This document shows positions 26,058 through 40,626 of a stretch of DNA of 64,000 bases, piece by piece. The notes under the pieces were generated by a model. That model saw only the letters and a list, made by a program, of their open reading frames with translations. It did not search any database and was not told the DNA's origin. Origin of the DNA: Microthyrium microscopicum (lineage: Eukaryota); assembly GCA_010405405.1 (NCBI GenBank), contig MU004235.1, forward strand, positions 882,538 to 946,537, in the 5' to 3' direction. The position numbers were made by a program, and so were the translations under genes. Numbering within the stretch: position 1 is the first letter of the stretch; every line of letters begins with the position of its first letter.

Positions 26058-28520
26058 TCATTCGACCCCGGCAGCCTGCGAACTCGCTTGGCCCTCTTCA
26101 TCTTCCTCAGCAGCATCCTCTGCCTCCGCCTGCTCCACCCTCTCTCTGCCCATCGCCTTAGCCACATCCACCAGCTTCTTCTTCTCCCCTTCACCCTTTC
26201 CCATTCCCGCCTCCACCAGTTTCGCCAGCCCTGCTGGACGACTAAAATCCGTAATGTCTTTATGCTCGCGCAGATGCTTAGTGTTCTCGACGCGCTTGGT
26301 GAGAAAGAGCGTAGGCCGGTGATGTTGTTTTTCAGCAAGGATGCGCTGGATCTCTTCCTCGTATGCTTTTTCATAGACGTTCATATCAGCCGCGCCAGGA
26401 CTTTCGCTAACAATGGGCCCGAGGCCGGGATCGGGTGGAGGTGCATCGCAGTGTGGACCGATGAGGAGGAAGAGTTGATCTTCGAGGGGGTCGTGGGCTT
26501 GACCTTTGCCAGTTTCCGAGCGGGGAGATATTGCGCCTGTTGGGTCGTCTGATGAGTTTGCTGAAAGACTGGGTCGCTCTTGTGGAGGGGGTAATGTTTG
26601 TTTTTGTTTTTGTTGTTGGTGTTGGTGTTCGGGTGGTAGTGTTTCTTTAGATTCAGGACTTTCTATGGCATCAGTATCTGACATGTCTACATCTTCGTTG
26701 ATTGGCTCGTATTCATGCTTTAAGGTCATTTCTTCTTTAATGTCGATATCTCTGTGTATGCCTTTGGTTGCTAGTGGACCTTCGACCGGATGTCGATTAG
26801 ATAGGCTGTCAGAATGTGTCCGTTTCTCTAGTTGCCGTGGTGGTTGCACTATCTTGTTGCCGAATATCCCTTGGACTAGACTGGGCGTTTTGTGAAGAAG
26901 CCTTTTGAATTTGCTTGCCGCTTTCATCTGACAACGTTAAGATAGGAACGTTGTACAGTTATAAGCTGCTACGTACCACAGTAATCATTCGCCTCAGGGG
27001 TTCCGTAATGGCAGCTGCAACCTCCTGGTCAGTCGGAGGCTCAATGATGTTCATGATGTTTTCTTCTTTCGGGAGAAGCTCATCAGTGCCATCTTTTGTA
27101 ACCCAGGGATGTGCCTATTGCTGTTATTACCATCTTTTCGCCGCATAGGTAGCACACATACCCTTATCCCGTCCATATCAATTCTTTTTGCCGGATTTTT
27201 TTCCAGCAAACGTAGAAAAAGATGCTTGAGCTGCGGATCAATATCGCCTGGTACATTCACAGCGTCGTCCTTGATCGATTCGAAGAGATCGAGCATTCCT
27301 GTCTTTTCAAACGGAATATGACCGAATACAAGACAGTACAACGTGACGCCCATGGACCATATGTCGACGGCTCGACCAGAAACTTCACCATGCTTTGCTA
27401 CACAAAGCTCGGGTGGCATAAAAGCTGGACTTCCTGCAGATTTGGTTGTTGTCATCTCAGAATCTTTAGAGAACATCTCTGAAACTCCAAAGTCGACTAT
27501 CTTAACCACATCATCTTGGGTGACTAGGCAGTTGTCGGGTTTTATATCTCTGTGAATAATGCCTTGAGCATGCACTGCCAGAGAGTTAGTTCATGACAAC
27601 AGGCCAGGGTAACAAACAGGCTGTACAATATTCCAGGCCTAGAATCATATCTCGTAACCAGTGTCGACACTGCTCCAAGCTATAAGGTTGTGCAGGCTCT
27701 CCAAGACCAACTTTCATCACGACACCTTTTTTGCACATCTCCAACACCATGTAGAGCGAGTCCTCGTGAGGATCATCAAGCACCTCAATCAATGATACCA
27801 CATTGGGATGATCCAGCTTCTTCATGATAGCAATCTCCTCTTTGATAAGATCAAGCGAGCTTGCGGCGCCGGGCTCTGGTGACATGGACTGACGATGCAT
27901 CGGCTCATTGAAATTACCATCTGTTCCTCCATGCTGTTTACGATACCTGGATCTTCTATACCCAAATTTCGACTGTCGCAGTAGGTTCGATTGGGCTCGT
28001 TTTCGTAATCGCGACTTGGAGAATTCTTTGACGGCCTAAGTGTTTGTCAGAAGCATACCCTAAATTTCGCATTGTGGCTTATCTCATACATATTCCCTTC
28101 CAAATTGATCCACTGCCAGATGAACGGAACCAAACGATCCTCTCCCAATTTCTTGTTGTATGAGGTACTGATTTATACGGTGTTCAGCGGGGCCATCATC
28201 TTCGCTGTTGCTGTATTTGGATTGGGCATTGAGGGTTGTCTACCCGATGATAGGTAAGGTCAGCTATACTCCAGACATTACGTGCGATACAACAGACTTT
28301 GACAGGTTTCCTAGGATTGGTAGATCGTTTTTCGTGATGTCGTGAGGGACTTTGGTATTCGGGCGCAGAGCTAGATTAAGGCAGTTGGCGGTTAGTTCCG
28401 TGTCAATCGCTGAGCGGGGAACTGCAGCATGACCTACATATGCCTAACGGTGGAAGGTTTGAAGTCTGGATTGTTACGGAGGGCAGAGATATGATCCTCA
28501 TGGCTGTTGGAGGCCGACAT
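26058..28520 (-). CDS. cmkC: Calcium/calmodulin-dependent protein kinase kinase (CaMKK), multi-exon
   Basis: HRINQYLIQQEIGRGSFGSVHLAVDQFGREY|AVKEFSKSRLRKRAQSNLL, IIHRDIKPDN, DFGVSEMF, KSAGSPAFMPPE across GT-AG introns. The start codon and first exons are less certain, and the symbol is by resemblance to the Aspergillus CaMKK. Confidence 0.9.
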
Positions 28521-28803
28521 TGGGAATTGCGGCGTAGTGGAAGATGGCGCACAGCGGTTTGCGATTGCGATTGAGGATAGAGGAATTGGAGGGGTTGATA
28601 GAGTATGAGAGATTAGAGCAGTGACGAAATAGTTGACTGGGGATACACAGGGGATCAAAGTTATATTATAAACGGTGGGGATGTGGTCTCCCGTGTCAGA
28701 GGTTGTGGATATTCTGATCAATTTAAACAGTAGAAGCCGTTGGAGAAATGCATTGTTAGCGAAGGGTCTTCGACATGTATGGCTAGAGCTCAGTACTACT
28801 GTA

Positions 28804-28880
28804 CCTCTGCTGCGCGTTCTGTGGTTATACAGGGCAAAATCTGGCCTGTTGATTCAGCTGCAGATCTAGGATCCTGATTA
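28804..28880 (+). repeat. Left terminal inverted repeat of the Tc1-like element
   Basis: cctctgctgcgcgttctgtgg...; the outer 56 bp are identical to the right TIR, near identity runs to about 77 bp, and weaker similarity continues to about 28925. Confidence 0.95.
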
Positions 28881-29059
28881 GGGGAGACCCTAGACTAGAG
28901 GAGTATACTATAGTACAAATTTATATAGTAGCATACTTAGCAGTTCTACATATTACCATAGATAATATATCTTAATATCTAACTTCATAACATTCTTAGT
29001 ATTATTTAAATCCTTAGATCTTGCTCGTTTTAACTAATCTCGTTATCCCGTCTCTTCTT

Positions 29060-30106
29060 ATAATAAATTTAGGTAAGCACCTTACTAAATTCAAATACTA
29101 GCAGGTATAAGATATAATATTATAAGAATACTCTCTTTATAAGATCGCTAAAGCCCTTAAATATTCTTAAACTATTATATAATATTAGCGTAAGAAGCTT
29201 AAAATAACTACTTTATTTAATACTATTAGTATTATTTAATGACGTCCCTTAATTAATTCATTAAAAACTATTGCTTTAGTAGAATATCTTCTATCTAAAT
29301 CTAATTCTATATAATTCGAAATAGCTAATTACTTAACGAACCTATTTAATATAAAGGTTAGCTAAGATTAGGTCTACTACGCGCTAAAGCGTATAAAATA
29401 GACTAAAAAGAGGGTAAGAAATTACTATTATTACTATAGCTTTACTTAATTAATTCTTATTATATTAACTTTAAAATAGTATTATAATATTACTCTTTAA
29501 TAGTCCTTATATCTCTATTAAGAATTCTATATAAAAATAAATAATTACTATCTAGATTAAATTATTTATATTAATAAATATAGTGCAAGGATAAGCTTAT
29601 TAGCCTATAGAATAGAATAGAGCTTAAAAGGTATAGAATACGCTATATTCTTACTACTTTAAAGCTCTAAGAAGTAGAATATACTACTAGTATATACTAT
29701 ATAAGGGATTTTAGTAGTAGATCTATATTAATATAATATAGATAGTAAGGAATTTACCTACTAGTATAAATATAATCTAATTCTAGAGTATTCTACGTTT
29801 TCTGCCCTAAGGAATTCTATTATTATAATAGATAATACGCAGTTCCATTAGGCTATAGATCTAAAGCCTCTTTTTAAGAGTTATAGCATTTAATTAGAGT
29901 TCCTACTACCCTACAGCCTTAATTTTAATCCTATTAAGCAACTATTTAGTAATTTAAAGAAGTAGATTAGATTAAATAATAAGTATTATAAAGAAAGACG
30001 ATAGGAAGAGTAGCTATTTAAGGAGTATCTACGTTTAAGCCTAAGAGAGCTTAATACTAGCTAGTGCGCAATAAAACACTTTCGTAAAAGTAAATTTAAC
30101 ATTTAA
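29060..30106 (+). pseudogene. Tc1/IS630-like DD34E transposase, RIP-inactivated, one intron (about 29414-29479)
   Basis: N-terminal HTH-like segment (EIAEALECSRTTV), YI[D][E] near 29570, MDN.QFH at 29831, FL[P]PYS[P][D]FNPI[E] ending 29938; 34 residues between the second D and the E. Confidence 0.9.
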
Positions 30107-30441
30107 TACTTTATAGTATTTATAGATATCTATCTTATTTAATTTAACTCTCTTCTATATATCTTTTACTATCCTTTTTAGCCTTATTATACTATTCCTT
30201 AACCTAAACGATAAAATACTTTATAGCGTTAATTTTAATATTAGGGTTAATAATAGTAAAGATCCTAATATCTTCCTCTATAGCTACTTAACTAATTCTT
30301 ATATACTTACTTTAATAAACACTTAAAATTAACTTTACTTACTTAAACTAAGATATTTTAATATCTAGACGACTAGATAACTACTCCTTAAATATTACTA
30401 GCTCTTTATCTAGATTAAAAATAATTAAATCTAAGGCTACT

Positions 30442-30801
30442 TATTAAAGATTAGGGTTATAGAGTAGGTAAGAAGGTTATAAGATACTTAATAGATTAGG
30501 TATATAGAAATAGAGATAAGAGTAATTACTAAGGAACTATAAGGAGATTCCTTAGCCTTTATCTTATTACCTAGGAACCTCTAAGGTTCCTCTCTAAGCT
30601 AGAATAGTCTATCTATAAGCTAAGGTACCTTAGAGGTACGTTTAGCTACTAATTATAATAGTTAGGAACCTATTAGTTCTCTTAACTATAAAATATACTA
30701 AAGCTAAAGAAGTAGCTTTATTAGCTTCTAATAGCTATTAAGCTAAGGTACTTAGGCTATAATACCTATCTTAGAGAGTCTATTAGGTTTAATTCCTAAT
30801 A
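30442..30801 (-). repeat. 3' LTR, Gypsy family C
   Basis: Direct repeat of 46535-46894, differing by transitions; PPT adjacent at about 30802-30811. Confidence 0.95.
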
Positions 30802-31501
30802 TTATCTCCTTAATAAGGACCTAAACGTCCTTATAGGTCTCTAAAGGATTAACTACGTTTTAATAGTACTAATATGCTTTAGAATATATTATATTATAAT
30901 AGTATAAACTACTTAGCTACTATCTAGCTAGCTAGATAATAATCTTAGTAAATTCTAGCAAATTTATTATTAGTTTTAAACGTTACTTAAAGGAGTACTC
31001 CTTAAATAATAATTTATAAAGCTAAACGTTACTATTAGGTACTTATTTAGATTTATTTAGGTTTATTAAGGACTTAGGTATTTTTAAGTTTCCTTAGGCT
31101 ATTACCTTAAGCCTATCTAATCCGTAGGTTATTACCTACTAAGGGCGACTTCCTTCTTTAGAATCTTTACCTATAGTAAAAATTAATATTAGAGCTTTCC
31201 TTAATAAGAAGTACTTAATAAAGTAAGTATTTACTCTTTATTAATCTAATTAAGTAGGAGAGTATTAAATAAGGTATATTTAATCTTATAATTACGTACT
31301 TCTTCTAATTCTTTTTTATCCTACTTTTATAGAATTAAGGTATATACCTAAGTAAACTCTAGCTAATTAAGTAAAGCTAATCTTTATAAATAGGGCTATA
31401 ATATAAGAATAAGTCTTAGTTAGTAGTCTTAATATTTTACTAGTAGCTTCTTTATAAATCTACTTAATATACTTTATATCCTTTTGTACTTATTCTCTCT
31501 A

Positions 31502-33137
31502 ATAGCTACTATAAAAGATAAAGTAAGAGCTAATAAGGCTCTAAATAGACCTAGTTTATCTCTATCTAATATCTCTAAGGTCTCTAAGGATACTTTTAAG
31601 GTCTCTAAGAATACTATTACTTTGCTAAAGACTCTAATTGCTAGTATTATAAAACTAGCTAATTCTACTAATACTAATACTACTAAAAAGGTAACTAATA
31701 AGGTTAAATTTATTAATAGTACCTAAATTAATGCTAATAATAATTGTATTAAATTATTAAGTTTAGGCTACTCCTCTTTAGAGCCTTCTAAATTTAAGGA
31801 AATTAAAAAGGATACTACCTAGGCTAAGAAGAAGAGAAAGGCTCCTAAGTATAACTATAATAGTAAATCTAAACCTTCTTAGCCTAACATAAAGTAAATA
31901 TATAATAATAGTATTATATATACTAATAAGGCTTAGGCTTAGTTTAAATTGTACTAGACCTCTTTTATTTATAACGTATTAATTAATTATAGTTAGTTAA
32001 GTAGTAAATATCTTCTATATAACTCTAATAATAATAAGATAAAACTATCTAACGTAGATAAGTCTATTCTATATAAGAATAAGACTAAGTTAATTATTAA
32101 ATAGTTTCTTATACTTAATCTATATTAGTAATATACTAAAGTATATACTAAGACCTTTCTATATACTAATCTAAAGGATTAGTGCTATATAGCTTCTAAG
32201 GATTATATATTAGCCTTTAAGGTTTAAGATAGTTACTACTATATAACTTATAAGACTACTAAGTCCTATTAGTAGTATTTTAAGGTAAGTTATTCCTAAT
32301 TAATTTAATTTAAATCTAATTATTACTAATTATTTTTTAGGTTATTCCTTATAAGAAGAGTATTACTAAGGACCTTCTTTAGAAGCGTTATAATATAATA
32401 AAGGTCTATATACTTTATTAGTAAACCTATAATAGTAATCTAAGTAAGTATAATATAGGTTAGCTCCTTTATATTAAAAAAGTAGTTTATATTACTAATA
32501 AGGACGTTATAAAGACTATCTAGATATAAGTAAACTCTTTTATTATACTTAGGTTTAAACTAATATAAATAAGTATATCTATATTAATACTATAAATAAT
32601 ATCTTTTCTCTATATTCTAGTATTACTAAGAGTAAATATAATAGTATCTATATAATACTAGTATATTATAGAAATAGTAAAAAGGTCTTTATAATTAAGA
32701 AGGCTACCTATTACTCTAAAGTAGCTTTACTTAAAGCTATTATTAGTATTACTTATATTAAGCGCTATAATAACCTCTATGCTTATTATTATAGATTTAA
32801 ATTACTTATAAATAGTAGCTAGGAGGGTATAAGTACTTTAATTATATTACTTAAATTCTAACTAACTCTATTCTAAGTTATAAGTACTTTATTACGTTAA
32901 ATTAGTAATCTTACTAACGTCGTAAAGATACTTACTTCTTAATAAGCTAATAGCGCTAAAAAGAAGGAGAAGGCTTCTAATATAAGTTAGTTTATAACTC
33001 TTTAGAGCTAGATTAATAAGTATAAGCTTAGAATAAATAAGTAGATAGTTCTTTGTTGCTATTTAGTTATAATGAGTTAGATTAATTCTAAGGATAATAA
33101 TTTAGAGTTTAAAGAGTTTAAAGAGTCTAAAGAGTAG
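31502..33137 (+). pseudogene. Antisense, intron-containing extra gene inside Gypsy family C; unknown product
   Basis: Plus-strand frame from ATA (RIP-mutated ATG) at 31502, with only TAA/TAG interruptions; intron gtaagt...ctaat...tag at 32285-32340; acidic end (de-RIP DDDSESEESEESEE*). Confidence 0.7.
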
Positions 33138-33138
33138 A

Positions 33139-33362
33139 TGTAAGGAGCTAACAGGCACAATTAGGTAAGCAGAAAGTAGCTAGTATTATAGGATCTAAGT
33201 ACAAAGAGAAGAGATCTAGAAATATAGCTATAGATATAAAGAAGTAGGAGCCTAGGATATCCTTAGATATACTAACCCTAAATAGGATAAAGAAATCTTA
33301 TCTATAGGATTAGATCTTAGCATCTAAATACTATAATACTAAACCTATAAGGATTTCTTATA
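33139..33362 (-). repeat. 3' LTR, Gypsy family A
   Basis: Direct repeat of 40627-40850; PPT adjacent at about 33365-33377. Confidence 0.95.
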
Positions 33363-36300
33363 TAACTCTCCTCCTCTAAAATAAACCTTATAAGCTATAT
33401 CCTAATCTAATTTATTCTAGTCTAGTCTAAGCTAATCTAGGCTAGGCTAGGCTAGTCTATATAAATACAAAACTTCTTTATATATATTACTACTAAGGAA
33501 TATAGTAATATGCTATCTACTTACCTTAGTACTATCTAAATTTATTTAATAAAAAAAAGAATATCTATTTAAGTTAGTTTATAGTATTCTATAATCCCTT
33601 TAGTAGTATAAATTAAAAACTAAACTAGGGTATAATACTACTAATAAAAATAAATAAATATAATACTTTTTATACTATATAATCTTAATTTATAGGTAGT
33701 CTATTAGCATCATAATCTTCTTCTTTAACTTTATTTATTAGTAAAAACTAAGAAAGGTATAGACTAAGCTTCTAAAGATAAAGCCTATAGAATTCTAATA
33801 TAGTATTAAATATATTAATAATATCCTTCTAGGACTACTAAGTTTTATTATAAAATCCTATCTATTTAATTTTATATTTAAGCACTTTATTCTTACTTCT
33901 ACTATCCTATTTACTATTAATAATAGTATTAATAAGCTATTCTTCTTTACCTTCTTTTTTATTAATAACTACTAGAAGTAAGTTTAATTCCTATAATAAG
34001 TATATATTATTATTAATTAGATATAGTAGCTAGACATAGAATACTAAGTATATCTTTATTAATTTAAAAAGATCTAATTTATAAGTTACTCTATTAATTT
34101 TGCACAATACCTTAAAGGGACTAGTACTTTTACTATTAAGTATTTTTAAAAGATAAGTTATATTATAATTTTAAACGTTAAGTTATACCTAGTCTCTAGA
34201 ATAGAGATCTAGTACTAGACGTTAATACTTATTAATATAGAGCTTTTATTAAGCCTAAGCCTATACTAATTACTCTTTTAAGAACTTATAAAGCTTCTCT
34301 TAACTATTCTATACTTAATTAGTAGTAATAACTTCTTTACGCACTATAATAGAAGCATATAACGCTTTAGGTAGTAAATAGTAAGTAGACTTAAGTCCTA
34401 ATTTTAGTAGAAAACTATTTTATGCCTTAAAAAGTATAAAACTAGTAGTAGTACTTATAGTAAAATTTACTACAAATTTAATAAATAGTAATAGGGCTAC
34501 CTAATTATTCTAATCCTAATTAATAAAGAATCTAAGATACTATTTTAAGGTAGTAATAGTTATTTTAATAATACTATTAGACTCTAGATACTATATAGTA
34601 CTTAATCTTAATATAATGCCTATACATTCACATAGGCAACCCTAAAAGGTAAATATAAATTAAGTTCCCTAATCTAAAAGGATAGAGTCTAGCTAACTAT
34701 ATAGCTTCTATACTTAATTAATAAATACTATAACTATTATTTCTACTAAAAGACTTAGGAGGATAATAAACTATTATAATTATATTAAATAATTAATAAT
34801 AACTATAATATACTAGTAAACTATACCCTAATAGGTATAGCATAGTAATAAGATAGCAAAGTCTATAAAGATATTAAACTAGGCCTAATCTAGTAAAGAA
34901 AATAAGCAAAGAAGCCTTTACTTTTTTTAGCGTACTAGCTTTAAAAAGATATAGTAATAACCTTTAATATATTTCTTAATATATTCTAACATTCTTAGCT
35001 ACTAGTAATCTTATTAAAGGTAGTAGTAGGTTATTATAGTTCCTCTATAGCTTATAACTTTATATTAATACGCCTATTTTATTACTTTATTTTATAAATA
35101 TATTATTAGTATAAATAACTTTTATTAATAAAGGATAGTACTATTTAGCAAAGCCTTATAATCTATTAATTTAATTTAATCTTAATCTAGCACTCTAAAG
35201 GGCAAGAAGTAGTCTTTCTATGCCTTTACTAGTTAAATTATAATTAGTAACTTATCTTTCTTACTTACCTTTATTACTTCCTATATAAACTACTCTAAGT
35301 TAAAATCTAGGGATTTAGTATTAACTAGTAGTAAATTATCTAAACTAGCTAGAGCTCTATTTTAAGAGCTCCTTATAATAGGTTCTAAATTAGACTCTCC
35401 TACTATAGTAATATTTAGCTTATCTAACGTAAGCATAGCTATCTATATAAAAAATAAGGTAATTAGGTTAATAAGGATTATAGCTAGCTTAATAGCTTAT
35501 TTAGTGCTAAATTAATACAAAAATAGAAGTAGTTAATACTATTACTTAACCTATAAGTCTTTATTACTTTATAGTACGTCTTATAATCTTTAGGTTAAAG
35601 TATTAGCTTTACTATTATCCTTACTAAGGTGGTATTTAATTAAAAAGTAGAATTATAATAGAAATTTAGCCTAGCGTATTTAATAGCATATAAGCTTCTT
35701 AGTCTTTATAAAGGTTTAAAAATTCTAATAATCTAAGAACACTTTTATAATATCTTTAGTACTAAATAACTTAGGTTCTTACTCTTTAAAGGCGTAGATA
35801 ATAGCAAGTAGTTCTTTATTATAAATATTATAATTATATTTCACTAGTAATATTTTCTTAGAGAGAAAAGTAACTAGTCTTAGATTACTATTTATATCTT
35901 TTTATAATAATATAGTAGTATAAGCCTAATCTAATACGTCTATTTCTATCTAAGTTTCCTTAGTATAATTAAAGTATTATAGAATTAGTATACTAGTAAA
36001 GTCTACTTTTAGCTTCTTAAAAGCTTATTCCTTAGGCCTATTAGGGTTCTAGGGAAATATAGTTAAAGTATTCTTCTAAGTAAAATTTATTAATAGTGTA
36101 GCTATAGTAGAGTAATTAAAGATAAATCATTAGTAGAAGTTAGTAAATCTAAGGAATACTTATATATCTTTAAGATAACTTAGTTATTCCTAGTTAACTA
36201 TAGTATTAACCTTTAAAAAGTCTATCTTAATACTTTCTATAGTAATAATTAGACTAAGGTATTTTACCTCTTAGATAGTAAACTCTAACTTCTTAATATT

Positions 36301-39300
36301 AAGAAATAAGCCTATACGTTCTAATACGTCTAGTACTAAATATATATAGGTATTATATTCTTCTAGTATCTTACTAAATACTAGAATATTATCTAAATAA
36401 ATAGTTATAAAATTATCTAAAAACTATATTAGTATATAATTAATATACGCTTAAAATGTCCCTAGTCCCCTTATAAGGCTAAAGGGTAGTACTTTAAACT
36501 TAAATAGGCTATAGTATATTAAGAATGCTATTTTATATTTATCTCTAAGTTTAATATAAATGCATTTAAAAGTAATAATAACGTTAAACTTAGAGTAATA
36601 CTTTACCTTTATAAAGTATATAAGCGTCTTACTAATAAGTAGTAGAATGTTACTATTTTTAATAGTAATATTATTTAACCTATAGTAATTAATATAGACA
36701 TAGATGCCTCTTTCTAGCTTACTTACGTAAAATATAGATATAGTATATTAAGATTTTAAACCTATAGCAAAACTGTGCTAAAGTAGACTCTTAATATATT
36801 ATTTAATAACTAAGGCTTATTTTAGTAATATTAATACAAATTAGCGTTTTAGAATTTTAACGTTAAGGACAAAGTTAATAGTATAGTTATATTTACTATA
36901 ATAAGACGTAAGGATATTTAAACGCTTTAAATTAAAGACTTTAAAATATTAGTAAAAATATTTTAGAATAAGTTTTAAAATCTCTTCTTTTAATAAGTAA
37001 GAGTAATCTTACTTATTTTACTATTTAAGATAATCTTCCTCTAATATAGCATATATAGTAAGGTTTATAGTAAATCTATTATTATTATCTTTATTATTAT
37101 TAGAAGGTTTCTTTTCTTTTTTATTATTAAAATCTTTAGACTAGAATATATTAACTATAGCGTCTTTACGCTTTATTAGTTTCTTAAACGCTACTATAGA
37201 TATAAAAGCAATATCTAATTCTTTAAGTAATTCTAAGTTTATAGATTATCCTTTTAGGTCTATAGTAATTAGGCGTTATAATATAATATAATTTATAATA
37301 TATCTTATATTATAGAAGGTTAATATTCTTAAACCTCTATATAGGTCAACTTTATATTAATCTAGCTAGGGTACTCTTAGGATTAGATCATAAGAAGCTA
37401 CTTTTATAACAAAATAGCTAATCTACTTAACGTAGCATCTAATATGTAGGTTAAGGATAATAGCTTTATTAACTATAGATACTAACTTACTATTAGTAAG
37501 TATTACTAAGTATAAATATATAAGTTAAAAAGTAGGAATACTATATTATTAAAGATAATAAGGGTTAATAATTCCTATTACGCTACTATTAGTATTAATT
37601 AAAATACTAGTATTAGAGTAAGTTAAATGCTATAGCATAAATACTAAGCTAATAGTAGTCTATTATAATCTAATAATAAGATCTTTCTTTTTAATATCTT
37701 AAGACTATACTACTAGTATAATAGAGGCTAGTAAAATATAGATAGCGTATAAATATACTAAGAAGATACGTCTCTTATAAATAGCATCTTTATACTTAAG
37801 GCGCTAAATATACTAGTAAAGGTAGCTAAGTATTTTCTTAGTCTTTTCTTAAGCTTTTTCTTTAATATTCTTATAGTCTTCTTCTACTTAATAAAATATC
37901 TCCTTAGCTTTCTTAGTATTTTAGTACTATTCCTTATTATATTAATAGAATATTTCCTTTACGCGCTTAGTTATAGCATTAAAAGCGCGTTTCTTTCTTT
38001 TATTATATACTTTAGTCTTATTTAGCTCCTCTTTACAACTTAGTAAAGGAGCGTCTAGTTTAAAGACTAATAATTATTATCCTTAATAATATCCTCTATA
38101 GAGGATTACTATTCTTTTTAAACTTTTATAAATATTATTACTAAAGGTATAACTAAGGCTTTAATCTTATTATTAGATAAAGGTTCCTAATCTTTATATA
38201 GAGTAGTCTTATTAAAGTAGTAGTAACCCTTTTAACTATAATAAACGTAACGTTTGTCTATTTTTAAGGCGTTAAAGACGTCTATAGAATAGTTAACATT
38301 ACTAGCTTTATTATTTTAGGCCCCCTTATTAGTAGACTAATTATTATTATAGCTATAAGAGTTATTATTTATAGTAATAAGCTTATAGTTAATTTAGTAT
38401 ATAACTAAGTAAAGTTAAGTATAAAATATAACAAAGCTACTAAAATACTAGCCTACTAGTAAGTCTATAAACTTATAGTTAATAAGATCTTATAATTTAA
38501 TAATCTTCTTATACTTAAATAGTTCTATATCTACTAAATTTATTAAAAAGTAGCTAATAAAGGCTTAAAGACTTTCTATATCTTTTATCTTAGTATTTAA
38601 GAACTTTAGCTATACCTTAGTATCTTTAAAAGCGTTCTTAGAGTAATAATATCTATCTAGGTTTACCTATATCTTTTCTATAGTATAATAAGGGTCCTTT
38701 AACTTATAACCTTTATATATAACTATAATACTATAGGCAAGGCTAGTATAATAGATATAGATAAACTTAATTTTCTTCTTCTTAGTAGAGACGTAAAGGT
38801 ATATATTCTTATTAAGAAATATATCTAATATTTTCTCCTTCTACTATTTATAGTACGTAAGTTTACCTTTAAAATTACTAGGTTCTTTAAACTTTATAAG
38901 TATTACTAGAGAGCTACTATTAGCTATTAATAATAGCAAGATATAACGTATTTTTTAAGCTTAGAGCTATAGATATAAAACTACTAAATATATTACTTAT
39001 AGTATAAAGCGACCTAATAAAAAGTTATCCTCTAAATCCTTTAGATTAATATAGGCTTAATTTAAATTTATCTAAAGTTTATCCTTAAGCTCTTAGATTT
39101 AGTAGTAAAGGTTAATAACTAACTCACAATACTATAAATTAGTATTACGTTTCTTTACTAGTTTAGTAAGAGCTACCTATTTATTTAAATAAGTAATAGT
39201 TAGTACTAGCTTATAGTTATAGCAAATTTAACTAGTAAGCGCTTTAAGATTTATTATTATTTACTAATAAGTAGCTACCTCTTCCTATAGTACTTCTACT

Positions 39301-40626
39301 AATTTACTTAGTTAACCTATTTCTATATTAGCATCTATAAGTTCTCCTATTAGCTAATCTTAAAGTTTTTAAGTAGACTAGTAATATAATACTATAGTTT
39401 AATTAATTACTAATATAGTATATAGTTATTTAAAGAATTAATCTTCTTCTATAAACTTAATATATTAGTCTAGATGCTTACTATTAGATATTAATATATA
39501 ATGTTTCTAAAGAGTAGTAAAATTATTAGGATTATCTTAAAGAACTATTAATATTTACTTCTCTACCTTTAGTCTTACTCTATATAATACCTATATAAAT
39601 AAAGGCTTTATGCTAGTAAGTAATATAACTTTACTATTAAGGTTTACTAGTTCTAAGGGTAAGTAAGGTAAGAACGACATAAGAACGTTATAAGGTTCTT
39701 TTTTATATACTAGTAATTCTAACTAATAGTAGATATTAATAAGTAATCTTACTTCTAACGCGCTTTTATCTAGACTACTAACAATAGTACTAGAAGTTAC
39801 TACTTCTTTACTTTTTAATCCTAGCTCTTTTATTATGCTTGCTAGCATAATAAATGCTATAATTAATAATCTAGCAATGATCTTATAAGGTTATTAAATA
39901 TTAATACTAACTTAAGTATTTTAATAAAGAAATTCCTTATCTTTATTATCTAAAGCTACTTTAGGTAATAGAGGTAACTTTTTAATAGACTTAACTACTA
40001 AGATACTCTCTTGCTATAGCGTTAACATAACAATAGACTATTAATTAGTTCCTACATCTAGGACAACTAGCTTCTTAGCAAAATAGCTATCTCTACTATA
40101 GTAAGATAAAACTAAATAGCTTTAAATACTAACGCTACTATACTTATAGGCAATATAAGAGTTACTTAATGCTAGTTTAAGACTAGAAATAAGTAGCGCC
40201 TTACTTATAGTAATATATAGCTAAAATAATACGATATTTCTTAATAAATTAGAACTAATTTAATAGAATAATAGATATAGATTTAATAAGGAATAAGGTA
40301 AGAGTATTTATAGTTAGTAAAAAAGAAGTAGTATAAACGCCTTTATGGATTTAAGAAGAATACTATAAGGCAAAGCTTAGGCTTCTAAGTAGTCTTTATT
40401 CTAGCAAATAATGCTAAATTTATATTACTCTAGTTAATATTTATAAATTTACTAGTACCTTTAGTAACGCTAATCCTAATTAAGGATAGTATTACTAAAT
40501 ACTAATTAGTTAGATCTATAGTATAACTATAATTAAGATAGGAATTAATAAACGCTTCTACGCGTTTATTAATAATGCGTAAATTTATATATAGAGTATA
40601 AATTTAGTATAGAGGTACTTAGATTA

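Noticed and set aside
26046..26895. Long antisense and alternative-frame ORFs overlapping the kinase, phosphatase and MFS genes
   Set aside because: Shadow frames of real coding sequence, with no independent evidence.
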